Positions 1 through 8,996 of a DNA stretch of 64,000 nucleotides are shown piece after piece (positions within the stretch are counted from its first letter, which is position 1; each line of letters begins with the position of its first letter). Location: assembly GCA_934532985.1 (NCBI GenBank), contig CAKTAV010000001.1, positions 230,182-294,181 of the forward strand. The letters run 5' to 3'. The notes under the pieces were generated by a model, which was not told the origin of the DNA, made no database searches, and worked only from the letters and a program-made list of their open reading frames with translations. This DNA comes from an uncultured Butyricicoccus sp. (GTDB taxonomy: Bacteria; Bacillota; Clostridia; Oscillospirales; Butyricicoccaceae). Made by a program: the position numbers and the translations under genes.

Positions 1-869
1 TGTGTGCCGGCTGCGGCGCCGGTATTACCGTCCGCGCCGTTCTCCGCGCACTGGAACCGGAGGACAAAGCAGTTATCACCAACGCCACCGGCTGTCTGGA
101 GGTCTCCTCTTACATGTATCCGTTTACCGCATATACGGACAGCTACATCCATTGCGCGTTTGAAAACGCAGGCGCAACCTGCGGCGGCGTGGAAGCCGCA
201 TACAATGTTCTCAAGCGCAAGGGTAAGATTGACGATACCTTTAAATTCATCGCCTTTGGCGGCGACGGCGGTACATATGACATCGGCTTCCAGTCCCTGT
301 CCGGCGCGATGGAGCGCGGACATGACATGGTCTATGTCTGCTACGACAACGAAGCATATATGAACACCGGTATTCAGCGTTCTTCCGCAACGCCGCGCTT
401 TGCGGACGCCACCACTACCCCGGTTGGCACGCAGTCCTACGGCAAGAAGCAGAACAAGAAAGATCTGACCGACATCATCGCGGCGCACAACGTGCCGTAT
501 GTCGCACAGTCCACCTTCCTGACCAACTTCCGCGATCTGCATGAGAAGGCACACCGCGCCATCTACACCGAGGGTGCTGCGTTCCTAAACGTACTCAGCC
601 CGTGCCCGCGCGGCTGGCGTTTTGATGCCGCAGATATGGCGGAGGTCTGCCGTCTGGCGGTTGACACCTGCGCATGGCCGATGTTTGAGGTCATCGAAGG
701 CGAGTGGCGTCTGACCTATGAGCCGAAGCAGAAGCTGCCGATCGAAGAGTTCATGTCCAAACAGGGCCGCTTCAAGCACTGCTTCAAGAAGGGCAATGAG
801 TGGATGATCGAGCAGGCACAGCAGTACGTTGACGAAAAGTGGAACGCGCTGCTGGCAAAGTGTAAATAA
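1..869 (+). CDS. porB: 2-oxoacid (pyruvate):ferredoxin oxidoreductase beta subunit, TPP-binding; 5' end lies outside the window
   Basis: Frame 3 is open from the window edge (CAGCGAGITVRAVLRALEPED...). TPP-binding GDGG motif present (FGGDGGTYDIGFQSL). The 114..869 ORF is the in-frame tail. Confidence 0.85.
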   Translation, partial: CAGCGAGITVRAVLRALEPEDKAVITNATGCLEVSSYMYPFTAYTDSYIHCAFENAGATCGGVEAAYNVLKRKGKIDDTFKFIAFGGDGGTYDIGFQSLSGAMERGHDMVYVCYDNEAYMNTGIQRSSATPRFADATTTPVGTQSYGKKQNKKDLTDIIAAHNVPYVAQSTFLTNFRDLHEKAHRAIYTEGAAFLNVLSPCPRGWRFDAADMAEVCRLAVDTCAWPMFEVIEGEWRLTYEPKQKLPIEEFMSKQGRFKHCFKKGNEWMIEQAQQYVDEKWNALLAKCK

Positions 870-883
870 AGATACGACAGGGT

Positions 884-916
884 CCTGCTGCATTTGAATT
901 GCAGCAGGCTCTTTTT
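884..916 (+). terminator. Intrinsic terminator after the POR beta gene
   Basis: 9-bp stem CCTGCTGCA/TGCAGCAGG followed by CTCTTTTT. Confidence 0.8.
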
Positions 917-985
917 CGTTTTCTGCGTCGTTTTTTCGCTCTTATTTTGTTTTACAGCTTTCATTTTGTTGTTGGAAGCCTAAGC

Positions 986-1045
986 TTATCTTCTTTTGCT
1001 GCCAAAAGAAGATAAAGCAGAAGAAAACCAGTCAGGAGCAGCGAC
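986..1045 (+). repeat. Intergenic repeat, A-module copy 1
   Basis: Hairpin ATCTTCTTTTG-CTGC-CAAAAGAAGAT followed by GAAAACCAGTCAGGAGC. The same module occurs at 3912.. and 13268... Confidence 0.85.
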
Positions 1046-1111
1046 AGCCTAGTATTCCCCTACATTTTGTGCTACACTGTACCTATTCTCTCAACGAAAG
1101 GGTGTGCCGCT

Positions 1112-3454
1112 GTGTCGCCGAAACGAACTCCTCTTGTGCGCATTGCGCTGTTATGTGCATTGCTCGGTCTGCTGTCTCTGCTGCCGTGTATCATTCCATA
1201 TCAGGGTCAGCTGGTCTATTACGGCGATTATCTGCGCCAATATGTCCCGTTCCTTCTGGAGACCAAGCGCATGCTGCGCTCCGGCTCGCTCGCGTGGAGC
1301 TGGAACACTTTCCTCGGTGACGGCTTTTATGGCGCGTATTCCTATTACACGGCTGTCAATCCATTTGCGTGGCTGGCGATGGTGTTTCCGGACAGCCTGA
1401 TTCTCTATGGCACACTCGTGTCGCAGCTGGTCAAGTTCGCCGTTTCCGGCGTGTGCTGTGCGCTGTATCTGCGCCGCTTTGTTCAAAATGAGATCGTTCT
1501 TGCCATCGGCGCCGTGCTGTACACCTTTTCTGGCTTCACAATTATCAACAACAACTATTACTTCTTTCTGGACGTCATCGCGGTTTTTCCGCTCCTTTTG
1601 CTCGGCATCGAGTTGGTCGGGGAACGGCGCGATACCCAGTCCGTCCTATTACTGGCATTTGCCGTTTTTGTCAATGCGGAGATCAACTATTATTTCTTCA
1701 TCAGCTCAGCGCTGCTGTGTCTGATCTACTGTATCTTCCGTTTCGAGTGGTATCGGCTTCCCGCCGGTGGTCTGCGGCTTCTACTGCGGCTTAGCGCATC
1801 GATTGTACTCGGCTGTGGTCTGGCAGGCTTTGTCCTGCTTCCGTCCTTTTGGAAGATTCTTCACACGCCCAAGGCAACCGGCTCGCTCGGCGGTATCTAT
1901 CTGCGCCCGTATTCGCCGGAAAATATACTGGAGCGTCTGCGTATCTTCTTCATGCCGATTGAAAACAACATTCAGCACGCGTTCTATCGTTCCGGCTCGT
2001 GGACCTCTACGGCGGTCTATCTCGCCGTGTTCGGCGGCGTGTTTGTCCTGCTGTTTGTCCTGCGCAACCGATGCCACTGGCTGACCAAAACTATGGCGGC
2101 GATGCTGGTATTTCTGCTGATTCCGGTGCTCAACAGCATTTTTACACTGTTTTCCGATTATTCCTACACGCGCTGGCTGTACGGCTTCGTGCTTTTGCTC
2201 GACCTCGCCACCGCCCTTATTCTGGAACAGCGCGGCAGCATTCCACGCGCGCAGCTCAAGCGCAGCTTCCGCATTTCTATGGCGATTACCATCGTTCTGG
2301 CGATTCCGCCCGCCGTCGTCTGTCTGCTGACCTATTGCGGCGTTTCCACCCATTTTTCCGCCCTGTATACCGTGGCGCAGTCCACGATTTATGCCGGACT
2401 CAAGGGTGTGGTCATCGCGCTGGCGCTGACGCTAGTCAACGATGTTCTGCTGTTTCTCGTACTCTTTGGACGAGAAAATCTACGCCGGACGCTCACCTTT
2501 GTCTGCGTCGCATCTGTCATCAATTACGGCGGCTATCTGCTGTTTTATAATTATATCAACGCAGACCGGCTGCAAACTATGCAGACTGAATTAGAACCGC
2601 TCACAGTTTTCAATGCCGATACCTATTCCTATCGGACGGATTCCTCAGCAAAGAATCAAAATCTCAGTCTATTTTGCAACACGCCGTCGGTTTCCGGCTA
2701 TCACAGCCTGCAAAATCGCACCGCCGTCTCGTTCGCCATCGCGGCGGGATACACGGATAGCTCCACGACGATTGTGCTTGACCGTCCGGAACAGGATTCC
2801 GGCGCGCTCGACACGCTGCTGTCCGTCCGGTATTACACCGACACAGGAACCGATCCGGACGCGCAGGTTCCGTCGGGCTTCTCCCTGCTTTCTGATGAAA
2901 ACGGCGTAAAAACTTATGAAAATCAGAATTATCTGCCGTTTGGCTTCTGCTACGACGGCTATTTGACACAGGAGCAGGCACAGGAAAGCAGCTTGTCTAA
3001 GACACAGCTCATGCTGTCCGCCCTCATCGTCGATGACGAGAGCGCAAAGGTCGTCTCTGATCTGCTCCCTCAAGCAACGATCACCGACTTTTCTCTGAAA
3101 AAGGCCGCAGACGCCCGCCGCGCTCAGTGCACAGACTCGTTTGTCGGAACGTCCACTGGCTTCACCGCGTCTATCACATTGGACAAAGCCAACTATGTAT
3201 TCTTCAGCGTTCCGAACGATGACGGCTGGCAGGCCACCGTCAACGGACAGGCGGCAGATATTTTGACCGTCAACTACGGACTGTGCGCCGTCCGCTGTGA
3301 CGCCGGAACCAGTGCCATTGCCTTTACCTATCACACGCCGTGGCTCGTCCCCGGATGTATTCTCACCCTGCTCTCGCTTCTTTTGGTCGCTGGACTGTGG
3401 ATTTGGGATTCCCGCCGACGTGCGGTTCATTCTGCTACGAAAGGATCACTATGA
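1112..3454 (+). CDS. YfhO-family polytopic membrane protein (glycosyl-transfer associated)
   Basis: About 780 aa and multi-TM. N-terminal YGDYLRQYVPFLLETKRMLRSG...WSWNTFLG resembles YfhO. GTG 1112 follows GAAAGGG; the ORF opens at 1067, so the start is uncertain. Confidence 0.7.
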   Translation: MSPKRTPLVRIALLCALLGLLSLLPCIIPYQGQLVYYGDYLRQYVPFLLETKRMLRSGSLAWSWNTFLGDGFYGAYSYYTAVNPFAWLAMVFPDSLILYGTLVSQLVKFAVSGVCCALYLRRFVQNEIVLAIGAVLYTFSGFTIINNNYYFFLDVIAVFPLLLLGIELVGERRDTQSVLLLAFAVFVNAEINYYFFISSALLCLIYCIFRFEWYRLPAGGLRLLLRLSASIVLGCGLAGFVLLPSFWKILHTPKATGSLGGIYLRPYSPENILERLRIFFMPIENNIQHAFYRSGSWTSTAVYLAVFGGVFVLLFVLRNRCHWLTKTMAAMLVFLLIPVLNSIFTLFSDYSYTRWLYGFVLLLDLATALILEQRGSIPRAQLKRSFRISMAITIVLAIPPAVVCLLTYCGVSTHFSALYTVAQSTIYAGLKGVVIALALTLVNDVLLFLVLFGRENLRRTLTFVCVASVINYGGYLLFYNYINADRLQTMQTELEPLTVFNADTYSYRTDSSAKNQNLSLFCNTPSVSGYHSLQNRTAVSFAIAAGYTDSSTTIVLDRPEQDSGALDTLLSVRYYTDTGTDPDAQVPSGFSLLSDENGVKTYENQNYLPFGFCYDGYLTQEQAQESSLSKTQLMLSALIVDDESAKVVSDLLPQATITDFSLKKAADARRAQCTDSFVGTSTGFTASITLDKANYVFFSVPNDDGWQATVNGQAADILTVNYGLCAVRCDAGTSAIAFTYHTPWLVPGCILTLLSLLLVAGLWIWDSRRRAVHSATKGSL

Positions 3455-3867
3455 AAGAATTATTCCACAAGCTGTTTGACACCTCGTTTTTGCGGTTTGT
3501 CATCGTGGGCGTTATCAACACTCTATTTGGCACCGCCATTATGTTCTCCGCCTACAATCTGGTCGGTCTGAACTACTGGGTTTCGTCCGCGCTCAATTAT
3601 ATTCTAGCCAGTATCTTGAGCTATTTTCTCAACAAGCACTTCACGTTCCAAAACAAGGAGCGCGGCGCCGGTGTGGTCGTGCGCTTTATCATTAATATTC
3701 TGGTCTGCTATCTGCTGGCCTATGGCATTGCCAAGCCGCTCATCCGCTTTGTGCTGACCTCCGCCGGACCGACGGTGCAGGATAATGTCTCGATGTTCGT
3801 CGGCATGGTGCTGTTTACGTTCTTCAATTATTTTGGACAGAAGTTTTTCGCGTTCCAGAAGAAGTGA
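3451..3867 (+). CDS. GtrA-family membrane protein
   Basis: 138 aa with 4 TM. FLRFVIVGVINTLFGTAIMF...YFLNKHFTFQ is GtrA-like. ATGA overlap with the yfhO-like stop. Confidence 0.8.
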   Translation: MKELFHKLFDTSFLRFVIVGVINTLFGTAIMFSAYNLVGLNYWVSSALNYILASILSYFLNKHFTFQNKERGAGVVVRFIINILVCYLLAYGIAKPLIRFVLTSAGPTVQDNVSMFVGMVLFTFFNYFGQKFFAFQKK

Positions 3868-3876
3868 ACGTAATAC

Positions 3877-3906
3877 GGGGCTGCTAACGCAGCAGCCCCT
3901 TTCATC
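3877..3906 (+). terminator. Intrinsic terminator after the gtrA-like gene
   Basis: GGGGCTGCT-AACGC-AGCAGCCCC followed by TTTCATC. Confidence 0.7.
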
Positions 3907-3911
3907 TTCTA

Positions 3912-4012
3912 CTCTATTTGCTTTTTTACTTTGTCGTAATTGCTGGAGAGAGAGTAGTCTATTTTCTTTTGCTGCCAAAAGAAAATAGACAAAAGGAAAA
4001 CCAGCAGGAAAC
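3912..4012 (+). repeat. Intergenic repeat, A-module copy 2 (extended)
   Basis: CTCTATTTGCTT...TATTTTCTTTTG-CTGC-CAAAAGAAAATA...GGAAAACCAGCAGGAA; aligns with 13268..13368 and 986..1045. Confidence 0.85.
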
Positions 4013-4093
4013 GGCTGCGTTCCCTGTACCCTTCCGAGCTGCCTGTAGGGAAAACTGGTCTATTATCTTGCCACCGCATGAATGTTACTATAT

Positions 4094-4203
4094 CGCGACG
4101 CAACCCAGCGGAGCGGTTGTGGCGCGAAGGAGCAAGACCACGGAGCGGCTGAGCCGTGTTGACGCTTCAACGCGGCGATGTAGCGGAGTGTGTCGCAGCG
4201 ATG
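4094..4203 (+). repeat. Two-hairpin core element, copy 1
   Basis: H1 CGCGACGCAACC-cagcggagc-GGTTGTGGCGCG. Linker AAGGAGCAAG. H2 GCCGTGTTGA-cgc-TCAACGCGGC. Tail GATGTAGCGGAGTGTGTCGCAGCGATGC. Confidence 0.85.
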
Positions 4204-4280
4204 CAGAGGGTATTTACATTGCGCATAGTGGGTAGTTAGCCATCTATCCTCAGAGTAAATCTTGTTTCTTTCCCTCAACA

Positions 4281-4455
4281 ATAACAGCCTGCGATAGCGG
4301 AAAAACTTCGAATCCAGTTTTTCCGCGTGTAGAGCGTTAAGGAAGGTCTTTAGGAAACGTAGTTTCCTAAATCAGCTTCTTTCCCCCCACTTCTTGTCTG
4401 ATGACAAGAAATGGGGCCGCCGCGGAGCGGGATAAACAAGTCTGCTTCGGCGAAC
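4281..4455 (+). repeat. Intergenic repeat, D-module copy 1 (three consecutive hairpins)
   Basis: About 90% identical by hand alignment to 7299..7470. Hairpins: GCGGAAAAACT/AGTTTTTCCGC, TTTAGGAAAC/GTTTCCTAAA, CCCCAC-TTCTTGTC/GACAAGAA-TGGGG. Confidence 0.9.
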
Positions 4456-4576
4456 AAAATAATAGTACAATTTCACCGTGTTCGCTTGTTCTCTCAACAA
4501 AAAATGCCATTTCCCTTTTTCCCATTTTTATGGTATCCTGAATAGAGAAATTCTCCAGAAATGAGGGCGATGCTGC

Positions 4577-5236
4577 ATGAAAACGATTTTATGCGTCGGT
4601 GATTCCAACACACACGGCTTTGATCCGTCCGACAACGGACGCTACCCGTATGACGTGCGCTGGCCGGGCGTGCTCCAGCAGCTGCTGGGACGCGACAAAT
4701 ATTATGTCATAGAGGAAGGCCTGAACTCCCGCACGACAGTGCTGTCCGATCCGGTCTATGACGACAACAAGAGCGCACAGGACGTGCTGCCGGTACTCAT
4801 CAAAACGCACATGCCGGTGGATCTGTGCATCATCATGCTGGGCACCAATGACCTCAAGCAACGGTTTTCCATGCAGCCCTGCGATATCGGACGCGGACTG
4901 ACCCTGCTTTCCCGTACGGCGCAGCGCGTTTCGGCAGACAAAAACCCGTCCGGTATACCGTGCTCGGTTCTGCTGGTCGCGCCGCCGCCGATCACGCCTC
5001 ATATGCTGACCGGACGCTGTGCCGCAGAGTTCGGTAGCCGTGCCCTCTCGCTGTCCACCCAGCTGTCCAGCTGGGTGCATGTCGCCGCCGAAAACACCGG
5101 CGCTGCTTTCTTGGACGCATCCGTTCTGGTGCAGCCCAGCGAGATCGACGGCCTGCATCTGACGCCGGAGGGACACCGTGCACTCGCACAGGCGATTGCG
5201 AAAGAGATCGACTTTATCCTCGGCGAGCCGTTTTAA
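4577..5236 (+). CDS. SGNH/GDSL-family hydrolase
   Basis: Block I CVGDSNTHG, GTNDLK, and C-terminal DGLHLTPEGH (catalytic Asp/His region). Confidence 0.8.
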   Translation: MKTILCVGDSNTHGFDPSDNGRYPYDVRWPGVLQQLLGRDKYYVIEEGLNSRTTVLSDPVYDDNKSAQDVLPVLIKTHMPVDLCIIMLGTNDLKQRFSMQPCDIGRGLTLLSRTAQRVSADKNPSGIPCSVLLVAPPPITPHMLTGRCAAEFGSRALSLSTQLSSWVHVAAENTGAAFLDASVLVQPSEIDGLHLTPEGHRALAQAIAKEIDFILGEPF

Positions 5237-5240
5237 CGGC

Positions 5241-5516
5241 TCATTCTGCAAACCAAGACTGTTCCATTTTCTGCTGATATTCCGACAGGACGGCCTGCTC
5301 CAGCTTTTCGCGCATATCCGAGCCGACCGGATGCACAATGTCGCGGTAGCGTCCATCCGGCATCCGGCGCGACGGCATTGCCAGAAACAGCCGCTCCGGT
5401 CCGTCGATTACCTTGATATCGTGCACAGCAAACGTGCGGTCAAACGTGACGGAGACCAGTGCGCGCAGCCGTCCCTCTTGATTTACCTGTCGAAATTGAA
5501 TATCGGTGATTTCCAT
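5241..5516 (-). CDS. spoVG: Septation protein SpoVG
   Basis: 91 aa: MEITDIQFRQVNQEGRLRALVSVTFD..FAVHDIKVI...LAMPSRR.PDG.YRDI.HP. Confidence 0.9.
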   Translation of the reverse strand: MEITDIQFRQVNQEGRLRALVSVTFDRTFAVHDIKVIDGPERLFLAMPSRRMPDGRYRDIVHPVGSDMREKLEQAVLSEYQQKMEQSWFAE

Positions 5517-5666
5517 TTTGGTTCTGTCTCCTTCATTCGGTTGAATTTTTCTTTTCCAGACTATTTATATTCTGGTCAAATTGTCATATAATATACATTA
5601 GCTTTTGTCGCCGCGGCGGCAAGAGCACACACCTATTCACTTCATTTCTTTTTGGAGGCAATTTGC

Positions 5667-7040
5667 ATGTCTGACTTTTCTCTGACAGCGTATCTGAATG
5701 ATCAACACACGATTCATCTCGTCGGTATCGGCGGTGTATCCATGTCCGCTCTGGCGGAGCTGCTGATGCACCTCGGCTCTCATGTCACCGGTTCCGACCG
5801 CGCACGTTCTTCCGTAACCGAAAAGCTGGAGAACCTCGGCGCCAAGATTACATATGCTCACCTTCCGGAAAATGTAGAAGGCGCGTCTGTCGTCATTCGC
5901 ACGGCAGCTGTACACGATGACAATCCGGAAATTCAGCGCGCCCGGGCGCTTGACATTCCGGTCATTGAGCGCGCACAGGCTTGGGGCTGGATCATGAAAA
6001 ACTACCGTGAGGCCATCTGCATCGCAGGCACCCACGGCAAGACCACCACGACCTCAATGATGACCCTGATCGGCATGGAGGCGGGCATTGACCCGACGGT
6101 TATGGTCGGCAGTGAGCTCCCCGCCATCGGTGGCACGCTGCGCATCGGTTCACACAACTGCTTTGTGGCGGAATCCTGCGAGTACACCAACTCGTTCCTG
6201 AGCTTCCACCCGACGATTGCCGTTGTCCTGAATGTCGAAGAGGACCATCTGGACTTTTTCCACGACATTGACGACATTGTGCATTCGTTCCAGAAGTTCT
6301 GTGCACTGACCCCGCCGAACGGTCTGGTTGTGCTCAACCACGACTCTGCCAACGCCATGCGCTGTGCCGAGGGACTGGATCGCACGGTGCGCACTTTTGG
6401 CGAATCCAAGGACGCGGACGTCTATCCGGACTTCATTGATGATGAAAACGGCTATTACGAGTTTGATGTCTTTGCAGACGGTCATCTGTATTCGCACATT
6501 CATCTGTCCGTACCGGGCCACCACAATATGCTCAATGCGCTGGCCTGCTGCGCGGTATGCAGCCGCCTTGGCATCAGCGGACGAGCTGTCGCCGATGGTC
6601 TGCGCAACTTCACCGGCTCGGCGCGCCGCTTCCAGCTCACCGGCTACACCGAAAACGGCATCCGCGTGGTCGACGATTACGCCCACCATCCGACGGAAAT
6701 GCGTGCAACGCTTTCCTCGGCGCGCGAGATGAACTTCAATCGCATTATCTGTGTGTTCCAGCCGCATACCTACACCCGCACTGCGGCGCTGTTTGACGAA
6801 TTTGTCGACGCGCTCAAGCTATGCGACAAGGTCTATCTGGCGGACATTTATGCCGCACGTGAGCAGAACACCATCGGCATTTCTTCCAAGGATCTCGCCG
6901 ACCGCATCGAGGGCGCGGAATACTATCCGTCCTTTGATGAGATCGAGGATCATCTGCTGGAGTATGCCAAGCCGGGCGATTTGATCCTGACCATGGGCGC
7001 CGGTGACGTCTATAAGGTCGGTGAACGCATCGTAGTTTGA
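5667..7040 (+). CDS. murC: UDP-N-acetylmuramate--L-alanine ligase
   Basis: IHLVGIGGVSMSALAELL and the Mur-ligase P-loop GTHGKTTTTSM. GGAGG lies 8 nt before ATG 5667. Confidence 0.9.
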   Translation: MSDFSLTAYLNDQHTIHLVGIGGVSMSALAELLMHLGSHVTGSDRARSSVTEKLENLGAKITYAHLPENVEGASVVIRTAAVHDDNPEIQRARALDIPVIERAQAWGWIMKNYREAICIAGTHGKTTTTSMMTLIGMEAGIDPTVMVGSELPAIGGTLRIGSHNCFVAESCEYTNSFLSFHPTIAVVLNVEEDHLDFFHDIDDIVHSFQKFCALTPPNGLVVLNHDSANAMRCAEGLDRTVRTFGESKDADVYPDFIDDENGYYEFDVFADGHLYSHIHLSVPGHHNMLNALACCAVCSRLGISGRAVADGLRNFTGSARRFQLTGYTENGIRVVDDYAHHPTEMRATLSSAREMNFNRIICVFQPHTYTRTAALFDEFVDALKLCDKVYLADIYAAREQNTIGISSKDLADRIEGAEYYPSFDEIEDHLLEYAKPGDLILTMGAGDVYKVGERIVV

Positions 7041-7137
7041 TCGCGTCAACATATCAAAATAATAAGAATCACACAGCGCCGCTTTCTCTTCGGGGAGGGC
7101 GGCGTTCGCTTCGCCTGTCGCTGCGGCGCACTTTGCG

Positions 7138-7273
7138 GTCGCATCGGCGAACTCCACTATCTCCCTGTGCCAAAGTCTTGGCACAGCTCGACCGTTTCAT
7201 TGCCTCGCTCCTCAAATTCCAAACGCTTCGCTGGTTTGGAATTTGAAAACGGCGAGAGTTACTCTGAGAACAG
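7138..7273 (-). repeat. Two-hairpin core element, copy 2 (inverted orientation)
   Basis: On the minus strand: CTCAGAGTAA..., H1 CAAATTCCAAAC-cagcgaagc-GTTTGGAATTTG, linker AGGAGCGAG, H2 CTGTGCCAA-gac-TTGGCACAG, tail ...GTGGAGTTCGCCGATGCGAC. Confidence 0.85.
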
Positions 7274-7298
7274 CTCTTTCACTATTATATCTCAGCCA

Positions 7299-7470
7299 TA
7301 ATAGCCTCCGATAGCGGAAAAACTTCGAATCCAGTTTTTCCGCGTGTAGAGTGCTAAGGAAGGTCTTTAGGAAACGTCGTTTCCTGAATCAGTTTCTTTC
7401 CCCCACTTTTTGTCTGATGACAAGAAATGGGGCCTCCGCGGAGCGGGACGAACAAATCTGCTTCGGTGAA
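7299..7470 (+). repeat. Intergenic repeat, D-module copy 2
   Basis: Aligns with 4281..4455. The substitutions inside stems give G-U pairs. Confidence 0.9.
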
Positions 7471-7599
7471 TCGGCTATCTATCATTTTTTTAATTCGGCT
7501 GCGTCGCAGCGACAGCGATAGATGACAAAACACTTTGCTTGTGTTATAATAATCAATTATAATACATACCCCCTGAATTGATTTATGGAGGACTATCAT

Positions 7600-8985
7600 A
7601 TGAAATTGTACGGAATTGACATTCCGATTCGCAACGTCCCGAAGCTGGACGCCGACTTTATCCCGCTGCTGCAATTCAACCGCGCGTTCCGCAAGGACGC
7701 CAAGCAGCCGCTGAGTGTTGCCGTCGAGCGTTCCAACGGACAGATTGCGACCTATCATACCGCCATTCACGGCACGCCGGAAATGACGCAGGCCGACCAT
7801 TATTACATCCACCGTCTGGTAAAGACCGTCCTGTGGATGAAGGGCGGCTTCCGCATCTACATCAGCGGCGACAAGAGTGTCTATGAGGACATCAAGGAGG
7901 CGTACTCCGTCGGCGGCGCACGCGATTTTGACCGTGACTTTATGGAGAGCGTGTTTGAGCGTCCGTTTGAAGTCGTCTACTGCGACGAAGTGCCGGAGGA
8001 AAACACCAGCTCGGAGTCCATCGGCAAGCATGTTCATGGCAACCGCATCGGCTTTGACGTCGGCGGCAGCGACCTGAAGGTGTCTGCCGTTGTTAACGGC
8101 GAGACAGTGTTCAGCACGGAGACGGTTTGGCTGCCGAAGCTGAATTCCGACCCGAAGTATCACTATGATCACATCTGCGACTCGCTTCAGGAGGCGGCGC
8201 AGCATCTGGCATCGGTAGACGGCGTCGGCATTTCGGCGTCCGGTGTCATCGTGGACAACAAGTCCATGGTTTCTCACGTCTACAACAAGGTCAAGGAAGC
8301 CGATCCGGAGCTGTTTGAAAAGACCATCAAGAATATCTATCTGCGCACCGTAAAGGATTGCTTCGGCGACGTGCCGATGGCGGTCTGCAACGACGGCGAC
8401 GTCACCGCGCTGGCAGGCGCGATGAGCTTTGACCGCAACAACATCCTCGGCATCTCGATGGGCACGAGCGAGGCGGTCGGCTTTGTCGATGCCGCCGGCA
8501 ACATCACCGGCTGGTTCAACGAGCTGGCATTTATGACGATTGACGCCAATCCGAACGCTCCGGCAGACGAGTGGTCGGGCGACATCGGCTGTGGTGTCAA
8601 GTATCTGGCGCAGGACGCGGCGATCCGTCTGGCGCCGCTGGCGGGCATCCAGCTCAAGGAAGACCTGACGCTGGCGGAAAAGCTGGTTGCCATTCAGGAG
8701 CAGATGGAAGCCGGAAATCCGGGCGCCGCTGATGTATACGAGACCATCGGCACCTATCTGGGCCACACGCTGGCGCTGTACTGCGAGCTGTACGGCTGCA
8801 CGAGCGTTCTTCTGCTGGGCCGCGTTATGTCCGGCAAGGGCGGCGAAATTATGCTGGGCAGCGCCCGCCGCGTGCTGGAGACTGAGTATCCGGAATATGC
8901 GCAGCTGGAGCTGCTGCTGCCGGACGAGAAGTTCCGCCGCGTCGGACAGTCGGTTGCCGCGGCAAGCCTACCGGATATCAAGTAA
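7600..8985 (+). CDS. ROK-family sugar kinase-like protein with an N-terminal extension of about 150 aa
   Basis: IGFDVGGSDLKV (ATPase phosphate-1 motif), ISASGVIVDN, CNDGDVTALAG. GGAGG lies 7 nt before ATG 7600. Adjacent to nagA. Confidence 0.7.
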   Translation: MKLYGIDIPIRNVPKLDADFIPLLQFNRAFRKDAKQPLSVAVERSNGQIATYHTAIHGTPEMTQADHYYIHRLVKTVLWMKGGFRIYISGDKSVYEDIKEAYSVGGARDFDRDFMESVFERPFEVVYCDEVPEENTSSESIGKHVHGNRIGFDVGGSDLKVSAVVNGETVFSTETVWLPKLNSDPKYHYDHICDSLQEAAQHLASVDGVGISASGVIVDNKSMVSHVYNKVKEADPELFEKTIKNIYLRTVKDCFGDVPMAVCNDGDVTALAGAMSFDRNNILGISMGTSEAVGFVDAAGNITGWFNELAFMTIDANPNAPADEWSGDIGCGVKYLAQDAAIRLAPLAGIQLKEDLTLAEKLVAIQEQMEAGNPGAADVYETIGTYLGHTLALYCELYGCTSVLLLGRVMSGKGGEIMLGSARRVLETEYPEYAQLELLLPDEKFRRVGQSVAAASLPDIK

Positions 8986-8996
8986 GGAGACAACAT

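Noticed and set aside
3912-4455. Possibility that the repeats form a CRISPR array or a classical MITE/IS element.
   Set aside because: There is no regular repeat-spacer periodicity and no cas genes. I found no terminal inverted repeats, target-site duplications or transposase ORF. The modules are shuffled rather than tandem.
7037-7246. Small ORFs inside the intergenic repeats: 7037-7246, 11184-11519, 11215-11421, 4063-4281, 18695-18931, 18762-18977 and 55853-56062.
   Set aside because: None has an RBS. The copies are in both orientations. The compensatory stem changes alter the encoded residues completely between copies, so conservation is at the nucleotide and structure level, not the protein level.
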